NCBI RefSeq assembly: GCF_963921235.1
Contig: NC_086109.1
Span: forward strand, 17,548,001-17,612,000
Direction: 5' to 3'
Length of the DNA stretch: 64,000 nucleotides
Origin: Mobula hypostoma
Lineage: Eukaryota
Part shown: positions 1-13,083 of the stretch, piece by piece
How the letters are laid out: every line of letters begins with the position of its first letter
Position numbering within the stretch: position 1 is the first letter of the stretch
Position numbers and translations under genes: made by a program
Notes under the pieces: generated by a model
The model's database searches: none
Seen by the model: the letters and a program-made list of their open reading frames with translations, nothing else
What the model was told of the DNA's origin: nothing

Positions 1-196
1 GAATGTCACGTCGGACATATCCAATTCTTTTCTGCAACTGCTATTAAGTCTACTTTCATTATCTTTCATGAGACATAAGAGACAGCAGATGCTGCAATCT
101 GCAGCAATAAACATTGGTTTCTTCCCGCAGGTTGTTGCTTCATTACCTTCCAGTCAGGCTGTTTCAGTTTAGGTTGGAGTTAACCTTTGTAAATGA

Positions 197-500
197 CGGA
201 CAACGCAGTAGCAAAGCGGCTAGTTCAATCGCTTTACAGCGCCAGCGATTGATTCCCACTGCTGCCTGTAAGGAGTTTGTATGTTCTCCCCATGACCACG
301 TGGGTTTCCTCCAGCTCCCACAGCTTCCACCCACGTTCCAGAGATGTATGGCTAGGGTTAGGGTTAGTGGTTTGTGGGCATGCTATGTCAGCAATATTTG
401 TGGGTTGCACCCAGCACGATCCTCTATGTTGGCTGTTGATGTAAGCCAGCGCATTCTTCTGTATGTTTTGATGTATACATGACAAATAATGCTAATCTTT
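197..500 (+). mobile_element. V-SINE/HE1-like SINE
   Basis: Contains the central V-domain-like motif ggagtttgtatgttctcccc..gtgggtttcctcc. Related copies lie at about 39695-39930 (+), 46600-46890 (-) and 63585-63885 (-). Family name is from recognition, not a search. Confidence 0.65.
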
Positions 501-872
501 GTCAAGAATCTTTACTTGAGAAGATGACAATCTTGAGCTACAGCATCAAGGGTTCAGTAACTAGTAGAGCTCGCAGAGACTGTCGGTTATTGAATATGAT
601 CTCGTAAAGGATTGCACCAGGATAATATTGCTGTAATCTCAGTGTTAGGTTAGAACGCAGCAAATTTTATCACTGAGTAATTCAGGTTAACTGAAGTACT
701 GAAGCCATGAGTCATTCATTGTCCAGAACAAAACCCGGACCCTTTCCTGGTCATTCCCTAGGGACAAACACAAAGGCCTGTTAGTGAGACATTTCATTGT
801 AAATAGTGTCCTCTTGCAAATGTTTGGCAAGTAGGTAACGTGAGATGTGCTAAACGTATCTCTCCATAACTG

Positions 873-1118
873 AACACACGAGATTCTGCAGATACTGGAA
901 ATTTAAAGTAACGCACCCAAAATGCTGGAGGAACTCAGCAGGAACGCAGCATCCATGGAGAGGAGTAAACCGGGGATATTTCAGTCTGAGACCCTTCCGC
1001 AGGACATCTGGGCCCAAAACGTCAACTGTTCATTCCTCTCCATAGATGCTGCCTCACCTGCCGAGTTCCTCCAGCATTTTGTATGTGTTACTCTGGATTT
1101 CAAGTATCTCCTGTGTTT
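873..1118. mobile_element. Fold-back (palindromic) non-autonomous element made of two inverted Penelope-like terminal arms
   Basis: The left arm (gcagatactgg..tgctggaggaactcagcagg..gcagcatccatggagagg) is the reverse complement of the right arm (cctctccatagatgctgcc..gagttcctccagcatttt). Both match the ends of the 21945-24854 element. Confidence 0.75.
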
Positions 1119-1899
1119 ATTAAACGTTTTCTATGTTATTCCTTTAAAATGCATGCTGTTATGGTTATAGTTTAATTTTATACTATTTAAAAATACCCAA
1201 TAAAGTGGGAACTGCTTTCCTTGGTGACTGGGGAATAGTAAAGGGTTAAATACTTCAGCCCTTCACATGAGGTAGCCATTTCCTTTCCTAATCTGCCTTT
1301 CAATCATCACAGAAATGGATCACATGCTACTTAGTCCCAGAGCAGTAAGTGGCTGTAACAAATTGAACGCGATAAACATTCCTTTCCTGCTCCTGAGCAG
1401 TGTTAATGGAGACCAAGAATGGCAGGAATGTGGCTCACAGGAGAGGGAGCTCAGGAAACTGAGGCATCGAAACGAAGCAGACAGAATTCCACAGATTTCT
1501 GCAAGGCTGTCAGACAAAACTGATGGGGTTTGCTTTGTATTAGTACAAATACAGGACACAAGATTGGCATCTCAGCTTCCCACACCAAAGAACAATAGGG
1601 TATAAAAATATATAGCTCTGTTTTAATTGCTGGATCTTTGACTAGGAAAATAATCTTTCTGACAAATTGTTATATTTGCTCATCAGGAATTTCTTAAAAT
1701 ATATATGTAGTTGGCACAGCTGGTTTGCCTGTTCCCACAGCGCAGTGTGGGGTTGATAAAAAAGAGTGGCCAAGCTTGATTGCTTGGACCACAGTACTTT
1801 CAGCAACAGGTATTATATTGTGTAAGATATATAGGTGTCCTAGAAATGAGCCTATATATCTCTCAGAATTCTCTCAAGAGTGTTGGACTTTTGATGAAT

Positions 1900-2225
1900 A
1901 GCATAGTGTAGCTGCTACCTCACAGTTCTAGGGACCTGGGTTCGATTCTGACCTCAGAGTTTTCATAACGTCCTTGTCACCTTGTTGGTTTCATTTTAAG
2001 TGCTCTGGCTACTTACTACATCCCAAAGCAATGCTGGTTGTTTGATTAATTGTCTTCTATAAATTGCCTGTAATTGAGTTAGATGGTAGGAGAACTGGCG
2101 GGGGGGGGGGGTGTAAGTCACCCTATGCCAAGGAATATGTTACAGAAAAATAAGTGGGGATATGGGATTGAAACTTTTAGTCTGCGCTGGAATAGACTCA
2201 ATGGGCCAAATGGCCTCCTTCTATA
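1900..2225 (+). mobile_element. Diverged V-SINE-like element with CR1-like 3' tail
   Basis: B-box-like gggttcgattc at about 1938, a degenerate V-domain, and the tail gactcaatgggccaaatggcctcct shared with CR1 3' ends. Confidence 0.5.
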
Positions 2226-2307
2226 CCATCCCCCTCCCCTTACCAACCAAGAGCCTATCAATCTCTGCCTCGAGTATGGCCAATGACTTGGTCTCCACGG
2301 CCCACTG

Positions 2308-2760
2308 TTCAGAATCAGAATCAGGTTTAATATCATCGGCATATGTTGTGAAATTTGTTGTTTTTGTAGCAGCAGTACAATGAAATAGATAATAATAGAG
2401 AATACACAAATTACAGTAATTATATATATTAACTAGTTAAATTAAACAAATAGTGCAAAATAGAAATAAAAAAGTAGTGAGGTAGTGTTCATGAGTTCAA
2501 TACCCATTTAGAAATTGAAATGCTAGAGGGGAAGAAGCTGTTCTTGAATTGCTGAGTGTGTGCCTTCAGGCTTCTGTACGTCCCTCCTGATGGTAGCAAT
2601 GAGAACATGGCATGACCTGGGTAGTGAGGGTCCTTATTGATGGATGCCACCTTTTTGAGGAACTGCTCCTTGAAGTTGTTCTGGATACTACAGAGGCTAG
2701 TGCCCATGATGGAGCAGACTAAGTTTATAACTCTCTGCAGCTTATTTCGACCCTGTGCAG
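2308..2760 (-). mobile_element. Rex1/Babar-like LINE 3' fragment
   Basis: ORF 2489-2851(-) contains KLQRVI..KKVASINKDPHYPGHAMFSLLPSG..SFFPSSI, typical of the Rex1-clade RT C-terminus. There is a (TCTGAT)n tail at 2308-2325. Confidence 0.7.
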
Positions 2761-3363
2761 AAGCCACGCCCCCCCACCCCCATGGTGATGCAGCTCTCCC
2801 CCGTACATCCGTAGAAATTTGCGAGTGTTGCAACGAATTCCACAGATTCACCCTTCTGGCTGAAGAAACTCCTGCTCATCTCTGTTTTCAAGAAGGGACA
2901 TCCCTTAATTCTGAAGCCATGCCCTCAAATCCAGAACTCACCTACGAACGAAACATTCTCTCCCTGTCCTCACCACCCAGGTCTCTCAGTATCCTCTCGT
3001 GTCAACACCAAGCTCTCTCTTGTTTCAGTGTTATTCATTTTCTCAGTATGATGCAAGTGATTTAAAATTGTGTGCTTTGATTTACAAGTTAGTTAACCTG
3101 AAGGGAATTCTTGGCCTTGATTATCACTCGTAATGACTTCCTTATGGGGTCATGTCGTTTAGATTCTTTAAAGTATGGTTTTGTCTCAGTTTGAAATGCC
3201 TGATATCTAACACTCTTATTTATAGTTTGAATCCTTGGATAATGCCATTGAAGAATGTAACAACATTTCAATTGATGCCAGTACATCCCAAGGGGGATGG
3301 TTTGTAAATCTGTGACAAGTTAATGTAAGACATTTCTGTATTAGGATGAGTTGGGCACGCTGA

Positions 3364-3745
3364 CCATAAAGATCATAAGACTATAAGAGTTGGGAACAGA
3401 ATCAGCCCATTCAGCTTATTGAGTTTGCTCTGCCATTCGATCAGGGCTCATTTATTTTCCTTCTCAACCCCAACCCCTTGTCTTCCCCCTTAACCTTTGA
3501 CACCCTTACAAATCCAGAACCAATCAACCTCCTGTTTAAATATACCCAATGACTTGACCTCCACACCAGCCTGTGGCAGTGAATTCCACAGATTCATCAC
3601 CCTCTGGCTAAAGAAATTCCTCCTTATCTCTGTTCTAAAGGGACCCCCTTCTATTCTGAGGCTGTGGCCTCGGGTCCTAGATTCTCACGCTAATCAAGAA
3701 CCTATCAACCTCCGCTTTAAGTTGTTTGGCCTCCATAGCTGTCTC
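3364..3745 (-). mobile_element. CR1-like LINE 3' fragments
   Basis: Reverse complement of the CR1 ORF2 end (RNFFSQRVMNLWNSLP) and 3' UTR, with a partial internal repeat. Confidence 0.7.
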
Positions 3746-4059
3746 CAGCTACACCTCCTGCATGTTTGCAATCACCATCAAGGTCTCATTCGCACATCAA
3801 ATAGTCGTTCACCTCAGAATTCGTTGTTTGATCATAAAAAGTCACTGGCGTGCTTAGTTAGAAAGAAGATGCAATTTTGTGTGTTCATGCATCCTCCAGA
3901 TATCACACCACAGATAATTCTCTGCAAACTTTGTACCCCTGATAAGGTTCTCCAAGCTTTACAATGCAGGTGACAAATCAAAAAATCATGCACTAGACAT
4001 TCACCCCCAGATTCCTGGCTGCAGATGATATTCTCCGGATATCAGATGTCGGTCCCCTT

Positions 4060-4325
4060 CATACCAGGGGGCATAATTTTAAAGAGATTGCAGGAAAGTA
4101 TAGGGGAGATATCAGAGATAAGTTCTTTACATAGAGGGTGGTGAATGCATGAATCGCCTTGCCAGCGGTGGTTGTAGACACGTTAGGGAGACTTAAGAAA
4201 CTTTTAGATAGGCACATAGATAACAGAACGATTGAGGGCAATGTAGGAGTAGGGTTAGATTGATGTTACAGTAGGTTAAGGTGTCGGCACAATATTGTTG
4301 GCTGTAATGTTCTATGTTCTGTGTT
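4060..4325 (+). mobile_element. CR1-like LINE 3' fragment
   Basis: accagggggcataattttaaa..agagggtggtgaatgc..ttctatgttct tail. Confidence 0.65.
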
Positions 4326-5724
4326 CATATCACATAAACAGGCTGCGTTCCAAATTTCCTGGGCCAGATGTGGCACTGCAGAAGATTCGCCAGATATAGC
4401 AATCCATATCACAAAAGAGATGCCACGGGCCACATTGCAGATGTTACTGATCCAGGTTGCACAGCTTTCTTGCCGCAGTCATTAGACTATAGGTGTGATG
4501 ATACAGCAGTCCCGCTCCTTATGTGAACCCAGATGTTAGGCTCACTTTATAGCTGCCTCTGACGAACATCTAGAAGCGTAAACTCTGTTGCAGAGCGCAT
4601 AGTTCTTTAAATTGGACAATTAAACTCTGATTGGCCTGAAACTACAATTAGTCCTTGGGGCTTTAAAGGATCACATCTATCGCAGAAATTTTTCACGATG
4701 CACAGCATAGAGTTACAAAAGTACTTACAAATTATTCCTGGATGGTGGTGTTAAAACTCCAGCTGCAGGGGCTGCAAGTGAAACTGGACTTTGGAAGTGC
4801 ATCTGCAATTTTAAAAACCATTCAGTGCTGCAAGCAGGGATAGAGGCAAACACCTTCCGAAAGGGCAGATGGTCTCATTTACTGTGACCAATCTAATAGA
4901 GCAACATAAGCGTATTAAGTTCTCATTCTTGGGGCAAAATCCTTGCTTGGCATTACAAATTCCCATCTTTGTAATTCCCTCCAGCGCTGCAAGTCTCCAA
5001 GGTTTCTGCATTCCTTCATTTCCCTGTCACTGTGCATTCTGGGTTCTTTGATCTCCTGCCTGTGCCTTCAGCAGCCCATGGTCTTGGATTCCAGAATTCC
5101 AGAATTGCCTTCCCAAACCTTTTCTACCTATTGCTTTATTACTTCCCCTTCTCCAAGAAGTTCCTTAAATTCTAGCTTCTTTGGCTAGTTATCACTGTTT
5201 CTGCTTGTTAGGTGCCTGTGAAGCGTCCCAGGACATTGTCCTGTTTTAAAGATGTAGGATGTTAGAACCGTTTAATCTGTTGGATAACAAGTCAGGCCGG
5301 TATTTACCACATATTCAGACAGTGCATCCAAACCCTCTCACACCACGTACAACGAAAGATAACCTGACATTCCAGCCAGCTCCAAAATCCTATCCGCCTG
5401 AACTCAGCGGGGGGTTCATCACCAGGTCAAATTGCCTGCCTCTGCTCCTGAGACTAGAAGTAAATAGTTTGGACTGAGTGTCGACAGTGCAGTCCGGCTT
5501 CGAAGAAAAGGAGACGCAGACACTTAAAAAAAACCCTGTCTGGCTTTTAGACACAGGGCTCTGCAGACAGTCAGGGAGCCAAAGGTCATGGAGAGAGAAT
5601 GGTTCCGCATCACACCAGACTACGGGATCGAACTCAGTGAGGTCATTTAGTTTAAATTTAAGGTGATTCATCAAAAGTTATGTGCTCACATTTGTTGCTA
5701 TTATAACCTGATGGCTTTGTTTTC

Positions 5725-6240
5725 AGAACACACAGTATAGCACTGTACTGGCCCTTCAGCCCATGATGTTGTGCTGACCCCTTAACCTACTCTAAGATCA
5801 ACCTACCACCTCCCCTCCACATAACCCTCCTTTTTTCTTGGATCCATGTGCTATCTAAGAGTTTCTTAAATGTCCCCAATGTATCTGTCTCTATCACCAC
5901 CCTTGGTAGTGCATTCCACACACCCACCACTCTCCATGTAAATAAACGACTTCTGATACACCCCTGTATTTCCCTCCAAACACCTTAAAGTTATGTTCCC
6001 TTGCATTAGCCATTTCCTCAGTGGGAAAAAAAAGTTTTCTGGCTGACTGCACAATCTATATCTCTTATCATCTTGTACATCTTTGCCAGGTCACTTCTCA
6101 CCCTGGTTCTCTCCAAAGAGAAAAGCCATTGCTTGCTCAACCAACTCTCAAGGGACATGATTTCTAATCCACTGCACCCTCTCTAAAATTTCCACATCAT
6201 TCCTATAATAAGGTGGCCAGAACTGAACACAATACTATTG
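5725..6240 (-). mobile_element. CR1-like LINE 3' fragment
   Basis: Similar to the 8211-8760 segment of the neighbouring CR1 copy. Confidence 0.65.
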
Positions 6241-8210
6241 TGTGTATTGGCCATTTGTCCATTGTGTCTTAGTTGAGTTATTCACGGGTATGAATCAGAG
6301 TCACCATGTTTCAGATAAGAAATATCCTGCCCCCTGAATAAAGTAGATAGAGCATAGAATATTAGAGCACAGTACAGGCCCTTCAGCCCACCATGTTGTG
6401 CTGATTTTTCACCCAACCATGCAACTGTAACATAGTGGGAAGGGAATGCTGCCTTTATCTCCCCCAGTACTTAACCCCTCAGACAGCCTCAACCTCAATG
6501 AAAATGGGATCGGCTGGTTGGACATGTTTGTTTGCAGAAAGTTACTGTGTCAAAGTTGTCTGTCTTTCTCTCTCTCTCTCAGTTTTCAGCAATGTTTCTG
6601 AACTCACATTGCTCTGTTGCGAGCTATCCATCCCTTATTAAAATTCATTATGGTTTTCAAGATTCCTCTGAATTCCTAACCAAGTAAACTGCTGACTATT
6701 GAAAAATGTTGTGGGGCAGGAGTGATGGAAGGGGAAGAAAGGCTTTGCTCAAGGGGTTACAACCATTTTATGTGGTCTATTATGGGGGAGGGGGTTGTTG
6801 CATTGAAGAAAGTAGGATTTCAAGGTGCACTTGGTGGCAAGGCTGGGGTAGGTGAGATGGAGGGAGAAACATTGCAAGGCTGCATTCTTCCTGGAGAATG
6901 TGACGGATGAAAATTGAATGGAAACGCACACTGATGTTCTCCTGCTGAGACAGCAGAATGTGTGGAACTAGTTAGTTTCTTCCCAAAAGATTTTAATTTA
7001 TTTATTTTATTTAGAGATACAGCAGGATAACAGGCCTGCGCCACCCAATCAAACGCATATGACCAATTACGGGTGGGAGGAAACCAGAGTACCTGGAGGA
7101 AACCTACATGGTCACAAGCAGAACATACAAACTGCTTCCAGACAGTGACGGGAATCGAACCTGCGTCACTGGTACTTTCCTCTATGCTGCCGTGCTGCCC
7201 TGTGATTTTTTTTTAAAGATCAGATATTTTAGTTTGAGCTTGATGTTTTTCCTTTCTGTTTGACTCTGGTGTTTTCCAGATGCTGGGAGAGTGGGTGGAT
7301 ACTTTGCTTGTTCTCAGATAGTTTCTAATGCTGCCCTTGACCACGACAAGAGGAGATGGATGAGAAGCAGGACTGGGCTGATTTAGCTCTTCAACTGGAA
7401 TGCATAGTTTGAACTCAAAGTTCAATAGTGCAGTCAGCAGCCTAAGAGACTGGGGTTGGAGGGAGTGTGGAGGGGGCAGTGCTTAGTTTCAGACTAAAGA
7501 GTCATAATTGAAATAGAGCTGAAATAGGATGAAATTCTTCCCTGAGGAACATGAAGCTTCATAATCCTTGGGGAAGTAGTACGTCCTTAGCTGTAGGTAA
7601 CTACGTACATTGAGCTTAAGATAAAGGAACCCTGAGGAGACAGTGGTCACAATATAATAAAATTCACCCTGCAGTTTGGGGGAGCAGGGGGAGAGAAAGT
7701 AAACCTGAATGTATCGGTATCACTGTTGAGTAAAGGTAGTGTAGACATGAGAGAGGAACTGGCGAAACTAGAGGAGCTAGAAGGGGACACCAAAGAGAAT
7801 GACTCTACAGCAGCTATGGCTGGAGTTTCTGGGAGTAATCTGAGAGACAAAGGATTGGTCTGTCTCAAAGGAGAAGAGGCATTCTAAAGGGAGGCTGAGG
7901 CAACTGTGGCTGACAAGGGAAGTCAGTGACAGTGGAAAACCAAAGAGAGGACATATATATAGCAACAATGAGTGGGAAGTCACAAGACTGGGAAATTTTA
8001 AAAAGTCAACAAAAGGCAATAAAAAAGCAATAAGGAGAGAAAAGATGAAATATGCTAGTCAGTAACATAAAAGTGAATACCAAAAGTTTTTCTTAGATAT
8101 ATGAAGTGTAAAAGAGAAACAAGAGTGGACAACAGACCACTGAAAGATCATGCTTAAGAAGCAGTAATACAGAACGAAGAAATGGTGGACTGATGTTGTA
8201 TCAGTCTTGG

Positions 8211-9828
8211 AACATAGAACATAGAACATAGAAAACCTCCAGCACAATACAGTCCCTTCAGCCCATGATACTGTGCCGAACATGTACTTACTTTAGAAAT
8301 TACCTCGGGTTACCCATAGCCCTCTATTTTTCTAAGCTCCATTTACCTATCCAGGAGTCTCTTAAAAGACCCTGTCGTATCCACCTCCACCACCATCGCC
8401 GGCAGCCCATTCCACACACTCACCACTTTCTGTGTAAAAAACTTACCCCTGACATCTCCTCTGTACCTACTGCCAAGCACCTTAAAACTGTGCCCTCTCG
8501 TGTTAGTAATTTCAGCCCTGGGAAAAAGCCTCTGACTATCCGCACGATCAATGACTCCCATCATCTTAGGCACCTCTATCAGGTCACCTCTCATCCTCCG
8601 CTGCTCAGGGAGAAAAGGTCAAGTTCACTCAACCTATTCTCATAAGGCGTGCTCCCCAATCCAGGCAACATCCTTGTAAATCTCCTCTGCACCCTTTCTA
8701 CAGTTTCCACATCCTTCCTATAATGAGGTGACCAGAACTGAGCACAGTACTCCAAGTGAGATCTGACCAGGGTCCTATATAGCTTAACATTACCTCTCAG
8801 CTCTTAAATTCAATTCCATGGTTGATGAAGGCCAATGCACCGTATGCCTTCTTAACCACAGTGTTAACCTGCACAACAGCTTTGAGTGTCCTATGGACTC
8901 GGACCCCAAGATCACCCTGATCCTCCACACTGCCAAGAGTCTTACCGTTACTACTATATTCTACCATCATATTTGACCTACCAAAATGAACCATCTCATA
9001 CTTATCTGGGTTGAGCTCCATCTGCCACTTCTCAGCCCAGTTTTGCATCATATCGATGTCCCACTATAACCTCTGACAGCCCTCCACACTATCCACAACA
9101 CCCACAACCTTTGTGTCATCAGCAAATTTACTAACCCATCCCCCCACTTCCTCATCCAGGTCATTTATAAAAATCATGAAGAGAAGGGGTCCCAGGACAG
9201 ATCCCTGAGGCACACCACTGGTCACCGACCGCAGTGCAGAATATGACTCGTCTACAACCACTCTCTGCCTTCTGTGAGCAAGCCAATTCTGGATCCACAA
9301 AGCAAGGTACCCTTGAATCCCATGCCTCCTTACTTTCTCAATAAGCCTTGTATGGGGTACCTTATCAAATGCCTTGCTGAAATCCATATACACTACATCT
9401 ACTGCTTTACTTTCATCAATATGTTTAGTCACATTCTCAAAAAATTCAATTAGGCTCGTAAGGCACAATCTGCCTTTGACAAAGCCATACTGACTATTCC
9501 TAATCCTATTATGTCTCTCCAAATGTTCATATATCCTGCCTCTCAGGATCTTTTCCATCAGCTTGCCAACCACTGAAGTAAGACTCACTGGTCTATAATT
9601 TCCTGGGCTATCTCTACTCCCTTTCTTGAATAAGGGAACAACACTTACAGCCCTCCAATCCTCCAGAACCTCTCCCGTCTCCACTGATGATGCAAAGATC
9701 ATTGCCAGAGGATCAGCAAACTCCTCCCTCGTCTCCCACAGCAGCCTGGGGTATAACTCATCTGGTCCCAGAGACTTATCCAACTTGATGCTTTCCAAAA
9801 GCTCCAGCACATCTTCTTTCTTAATGTC
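8211..9828 (-). mobile_element. 5'-truncated CR1-like LINE with RT remnant
   Basis: ORF 9064-9810 has RT motifs YMDFSKAFDKVPH, SGVPQGSVLGPLLF and KFADD. It continues through a stop and a frameshift into ORFs 8797-9051 and 8343-8594. There is a (TTCTATG)n tail at 8211-8232. Confidence 0.9.
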
Positions 9829-10084
9829 CTCACTGTGGAAGACATCAGCAGCATGTCCAACAGGGGGCAGAATTGAGAGGAGTTGCTATTACTAAAGAGA
9901 AGGTGCTTGGGAAGCTGTAAGGTCTGAAGGTAGATAGTCACCAGGAGAAAATGGACTACACCCCAGGGTTCTGAAAGAGGTAATGGAGGCATGAGTAAGA
10001 TCTTTCAAAAATCACTGGTTTCGGGTCTGGTTCCAGGGGAATGGAACATTGTAAAAAGAAAGGAGGCAAAAATATGAAATTATA

Positions 10085-10197
10085 AACAAGGAAAAATGTG
10101 CAGATGCTGGAAATCCAAACAACACACACAAAGTGCTGGAGGAATTCAGCAGGCCAGGCAGCATCAATGGAAAAGAGTACAGTTCGACATTTCGGGC
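10085..10197 (-). mobile_element. Single Penelope-like terminal arm inserted in CR1
   Basis: tgcagatgctgg..tgctggaggaattcagcaggccaggcagcatc..cgacatttcgggc matches the arm at 21945-22055. Confidence 0.75.
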
Positions 10198-10515
10198 ATA
10201 GTCAGCATGGTTTCCTTAAGGGGAAATCTTCCCTGGAAAATCTGTTGGAATTCTTTGAGGAAATAACAGGTAGCAAAGACAAAGGAGAGTCAGTGGATGC
10301 TGTTCATTTGGATTTAAGAAAGCCTTTGACATGGTGCTGCACATGAGGCTGCTAAACAAGGTAAGAGCTTAGGGTATTGCTGGAAAGATAGTGGTTTAGG
10401 CAGAAGATTGGCTGACTGGTAGAAGGCAAAGAGTGGGAAGAAAGGGGCCTTTTCTGATTCACGGCTGGTGACAAGTGGTGTTCTGCAGGGGTCTGTGTTG
10501 GGACCGCTTCTTTTC

Positions 10516-10668
10516 ATAGAAACATAGAAACATAGAAAATAGGTGCAGGAGTAGGCCATTCGGCCCTTTGAGCCTGCACCGCCATTTATTATGATCATGG
10601 CTGATCATCCAACTCAGAAGCCTGCACCAGCCTTCCCTCCATACCCTCTGATCCCCCTAGCCACAAGC
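10516..10668 (-). mobile_element. Short CR1 3' end (same subfamily as 18532-19986)
   Basis: Near-identical reverse complement of 19830-19986, including the (TATGTTTC)n tail. Confidence 0.85.
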
Positions 10669-12545
10669 TAATGATCTGGATGATGGAATTGATTTGTGGA
10701 TGACACAAAGATGTGTGATGGGGTAGGTGGTGTTGAGGGAGCAGGGGATCTGCAGAAGGACTTGGACAGGTTAGCAGAATGGGCAAAGGGGGATCAGGTG
10801 GAATTGTATAGTCAGGCATTTTGCGAGAAGGAATAAAGGAGTAGACTCTTTTCTAAATGGGTAGAAAAGGTGCAAAGGGACTTGCGAATCCTTGTGCAGA
10901 TTCCCTAAAGTTTAATTTGTAGGCTGAGTCAGTAGTACGAGAGGCAAGTGTAATGTTAGCGTTCATTTCTAGGATGTAAAAGGAAGGATGTAGTCAGACC
11001 ACATTTGGAGTGTTGTGAGCAGTTTTGCGCTCCATATCTAAGAAAAGATGTGCTGACATTACAGAGAGTAAAGTGGAGGTTTAAAGAAATGATCCTGGGA
11101 ATGAAAGGGTTACCATTTGAGGAATGCTTGGTGGCTTTGGGGCTGTACTTGCTGGAGCAAAGAAGAATGAGAAGGAAATCTCATTGAAACCTACCAAACA
11201 TTAAAAGGTCTAGATAGAGTTGATGTGGAGGGTACATTTCCTGTAGTGGGGGAGTCTAGGACCAGAGGGCGCAGCCTCAGAATAGAAGGATGTCCCTTTA
11301 GAACAGAGATGAGGAGGAACTTCTTAAACCAGAAGGTGGTGAATTTGTGGAATTCATTGCCACAGACTGCTGTGGAGGCCAAATCATTGGGTACATCTAA
11401 AGCAGAGGTATCTTGATTAGTACGCGTGTCAAGGTTAAGGGGGGAACACAAGAGAATGTGGTCAAGAGGGTAGATAAATCAGCCATGGTGAACAGACAAG
11501 GCTGAACGCCTAATTCTGCTCCTATGTCTTATAGTCTAATGTTCTACCTGCAGAAGTCTCACAGACTGAATCTATGAATTCTGAGAAACCACTTTCTGTT
11601 CTTTCAGGGAATTAAGAATTACAGGGAACTGGCAGGAATGTGGAACTGAGACTTGGATCAAATAAGGCATAGTCTAATTAAACAGCAGAGCATGTTCAAA
11701 GAGCAAAGTTTTCTCTTTCTGCTGTTTCTCATTATTTGCTCCCAAAATATACTTTATAGTGTATTTGCAAATTTTATAGACGCGGGATGTTCATGTATGA
11801 CTTTTAATTATACCTATGATATTATTACTGGCTCATTTTTCTTCTGTTCTTGTGCATTCTGAGGCTAACCTAAATTAACTATCCACTAACTGCTGTGTCA
11901 CCATACCTCTGTCATTCTCCTTCTCACTTTAATGACCATGAAATAAGTATCAAAGGGCTCTCACGTAATAGGGAAAACATTCATATCATCAATGGAATTT
12001 CACAGCTCAAAGGCTCTGTCAAAGAAGGAAGTCTGTGGTTACACCATATTAAAGCAAATTTTTTTTTCTTTAGCTATTGATAGCAAGGGTTTTCAAGTCT
12101 CTTTAACATCAACACCTGCCTTGGACCTTGAGTCTAAAACAAGGCCCTGCATTGTTGGGAAATAAAATTAGCTTTTTTCAAAAATGCTATTAGGATTTCT
12201 TCCAGACATTTGGGCGTGTGCAGTCCATTTTATTGTCTGAACGCATAAAAAGAAGAGAGGAGAAAATACTTCCTTCAAGCAAAAGTCTGGTTTTTGCTGT
12301 CAATAGATTTATTTCCAGAGCTTATCTCCAGCCGTACAATCAGCCTTTTTCCAAATCACGCTTCATAGTTGCTCATCGCATCCGTACGCAGATTCCTCCT
12401 CTCAATACAGTATATCAAACCTTTGGATACATCACTTGAAGATATTGGAATAGTATTTAGATATTGCTCAGAACATTCTCAGATATAGTCCACTTCTCCT
12501 ACAGCATTTCTGATCTTATCTCCTCCACATTTAAGCTCTTAAGTA

Positions 12546-13083
12546 CACTCAGTGGCCACTTTATTAGGTAGCACATGTACCTGATAGAGTGGCCACTGAG
12601 TTTGTGTTCACGGTCTTCTACTGTTGTAGCCCATCCTGTTCAAGGATCAATGTGTTGTGCATTCAGAGAAGATCTCATGCCACACGTGGTCATTTGAGTT
12701 ACTGTTGCTTTCCTGTCAGCTTGAACTAGTCTGGCCTTTCTCATCTGACCTCTCTCATCAACAAGGCACTTTTGCCCACAGAACTTCAACTCACTGCATG
12801 TTTTTATTTGTTCTTTGCACCACTCTCTGTAAGCTCTAGAGACTGTTGTGCATGATCAGCAGTTTCTGAGATACTCAAACCACCCCATCTAGCACCAACA
12901 ATTATCCAACAGTCAAAGTCACTTAAATCTCGTTTCCTTCCCATTCTGATGTTTGGTCTGAACAACAACCGAATGTCTTGACTGTGTCTGCGTGCTTTTA
13001 TGCATTGAATTGCTGCCACATTATATTCTGATTAGTTATTTCCATTATTGAGCAGATGCACCTAATAAAGTGGCCATTTAGTG
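12546..13083. mobile_element. Tc1-like non-autonomous DNA transposon
   Basis: TIRs CACTCAGTGGCCACTTTATTAGG / CCTAATAAAGTGGCCATTTAGTG, flanked by TA at 12544-12545 and 13084-13085. Confidence 0.85.

Larger units (their letters stand above)
7560..11540 (+). mobile_element. Old CR1-like LINE (host of three nested insertions)
   Basis: Degenerate ORF2 pieces: SQHGFLKGKS..LLEFFEEIT (about 10200), CEQFCAPYLRKDV (11005) and RRNFLNQKVVNLWNSLP (11225). It is interrupted at 8209-9828, 10085-10197 and 10516-10668. The left boundary is approximate. Confidence 0.7.

Noticed and set aside
3745..4600. Possible coding relic in unique CpG-retaining sequence
   Set aside because: Manual translation of several frames gave multiple stops and no recognisable motif.
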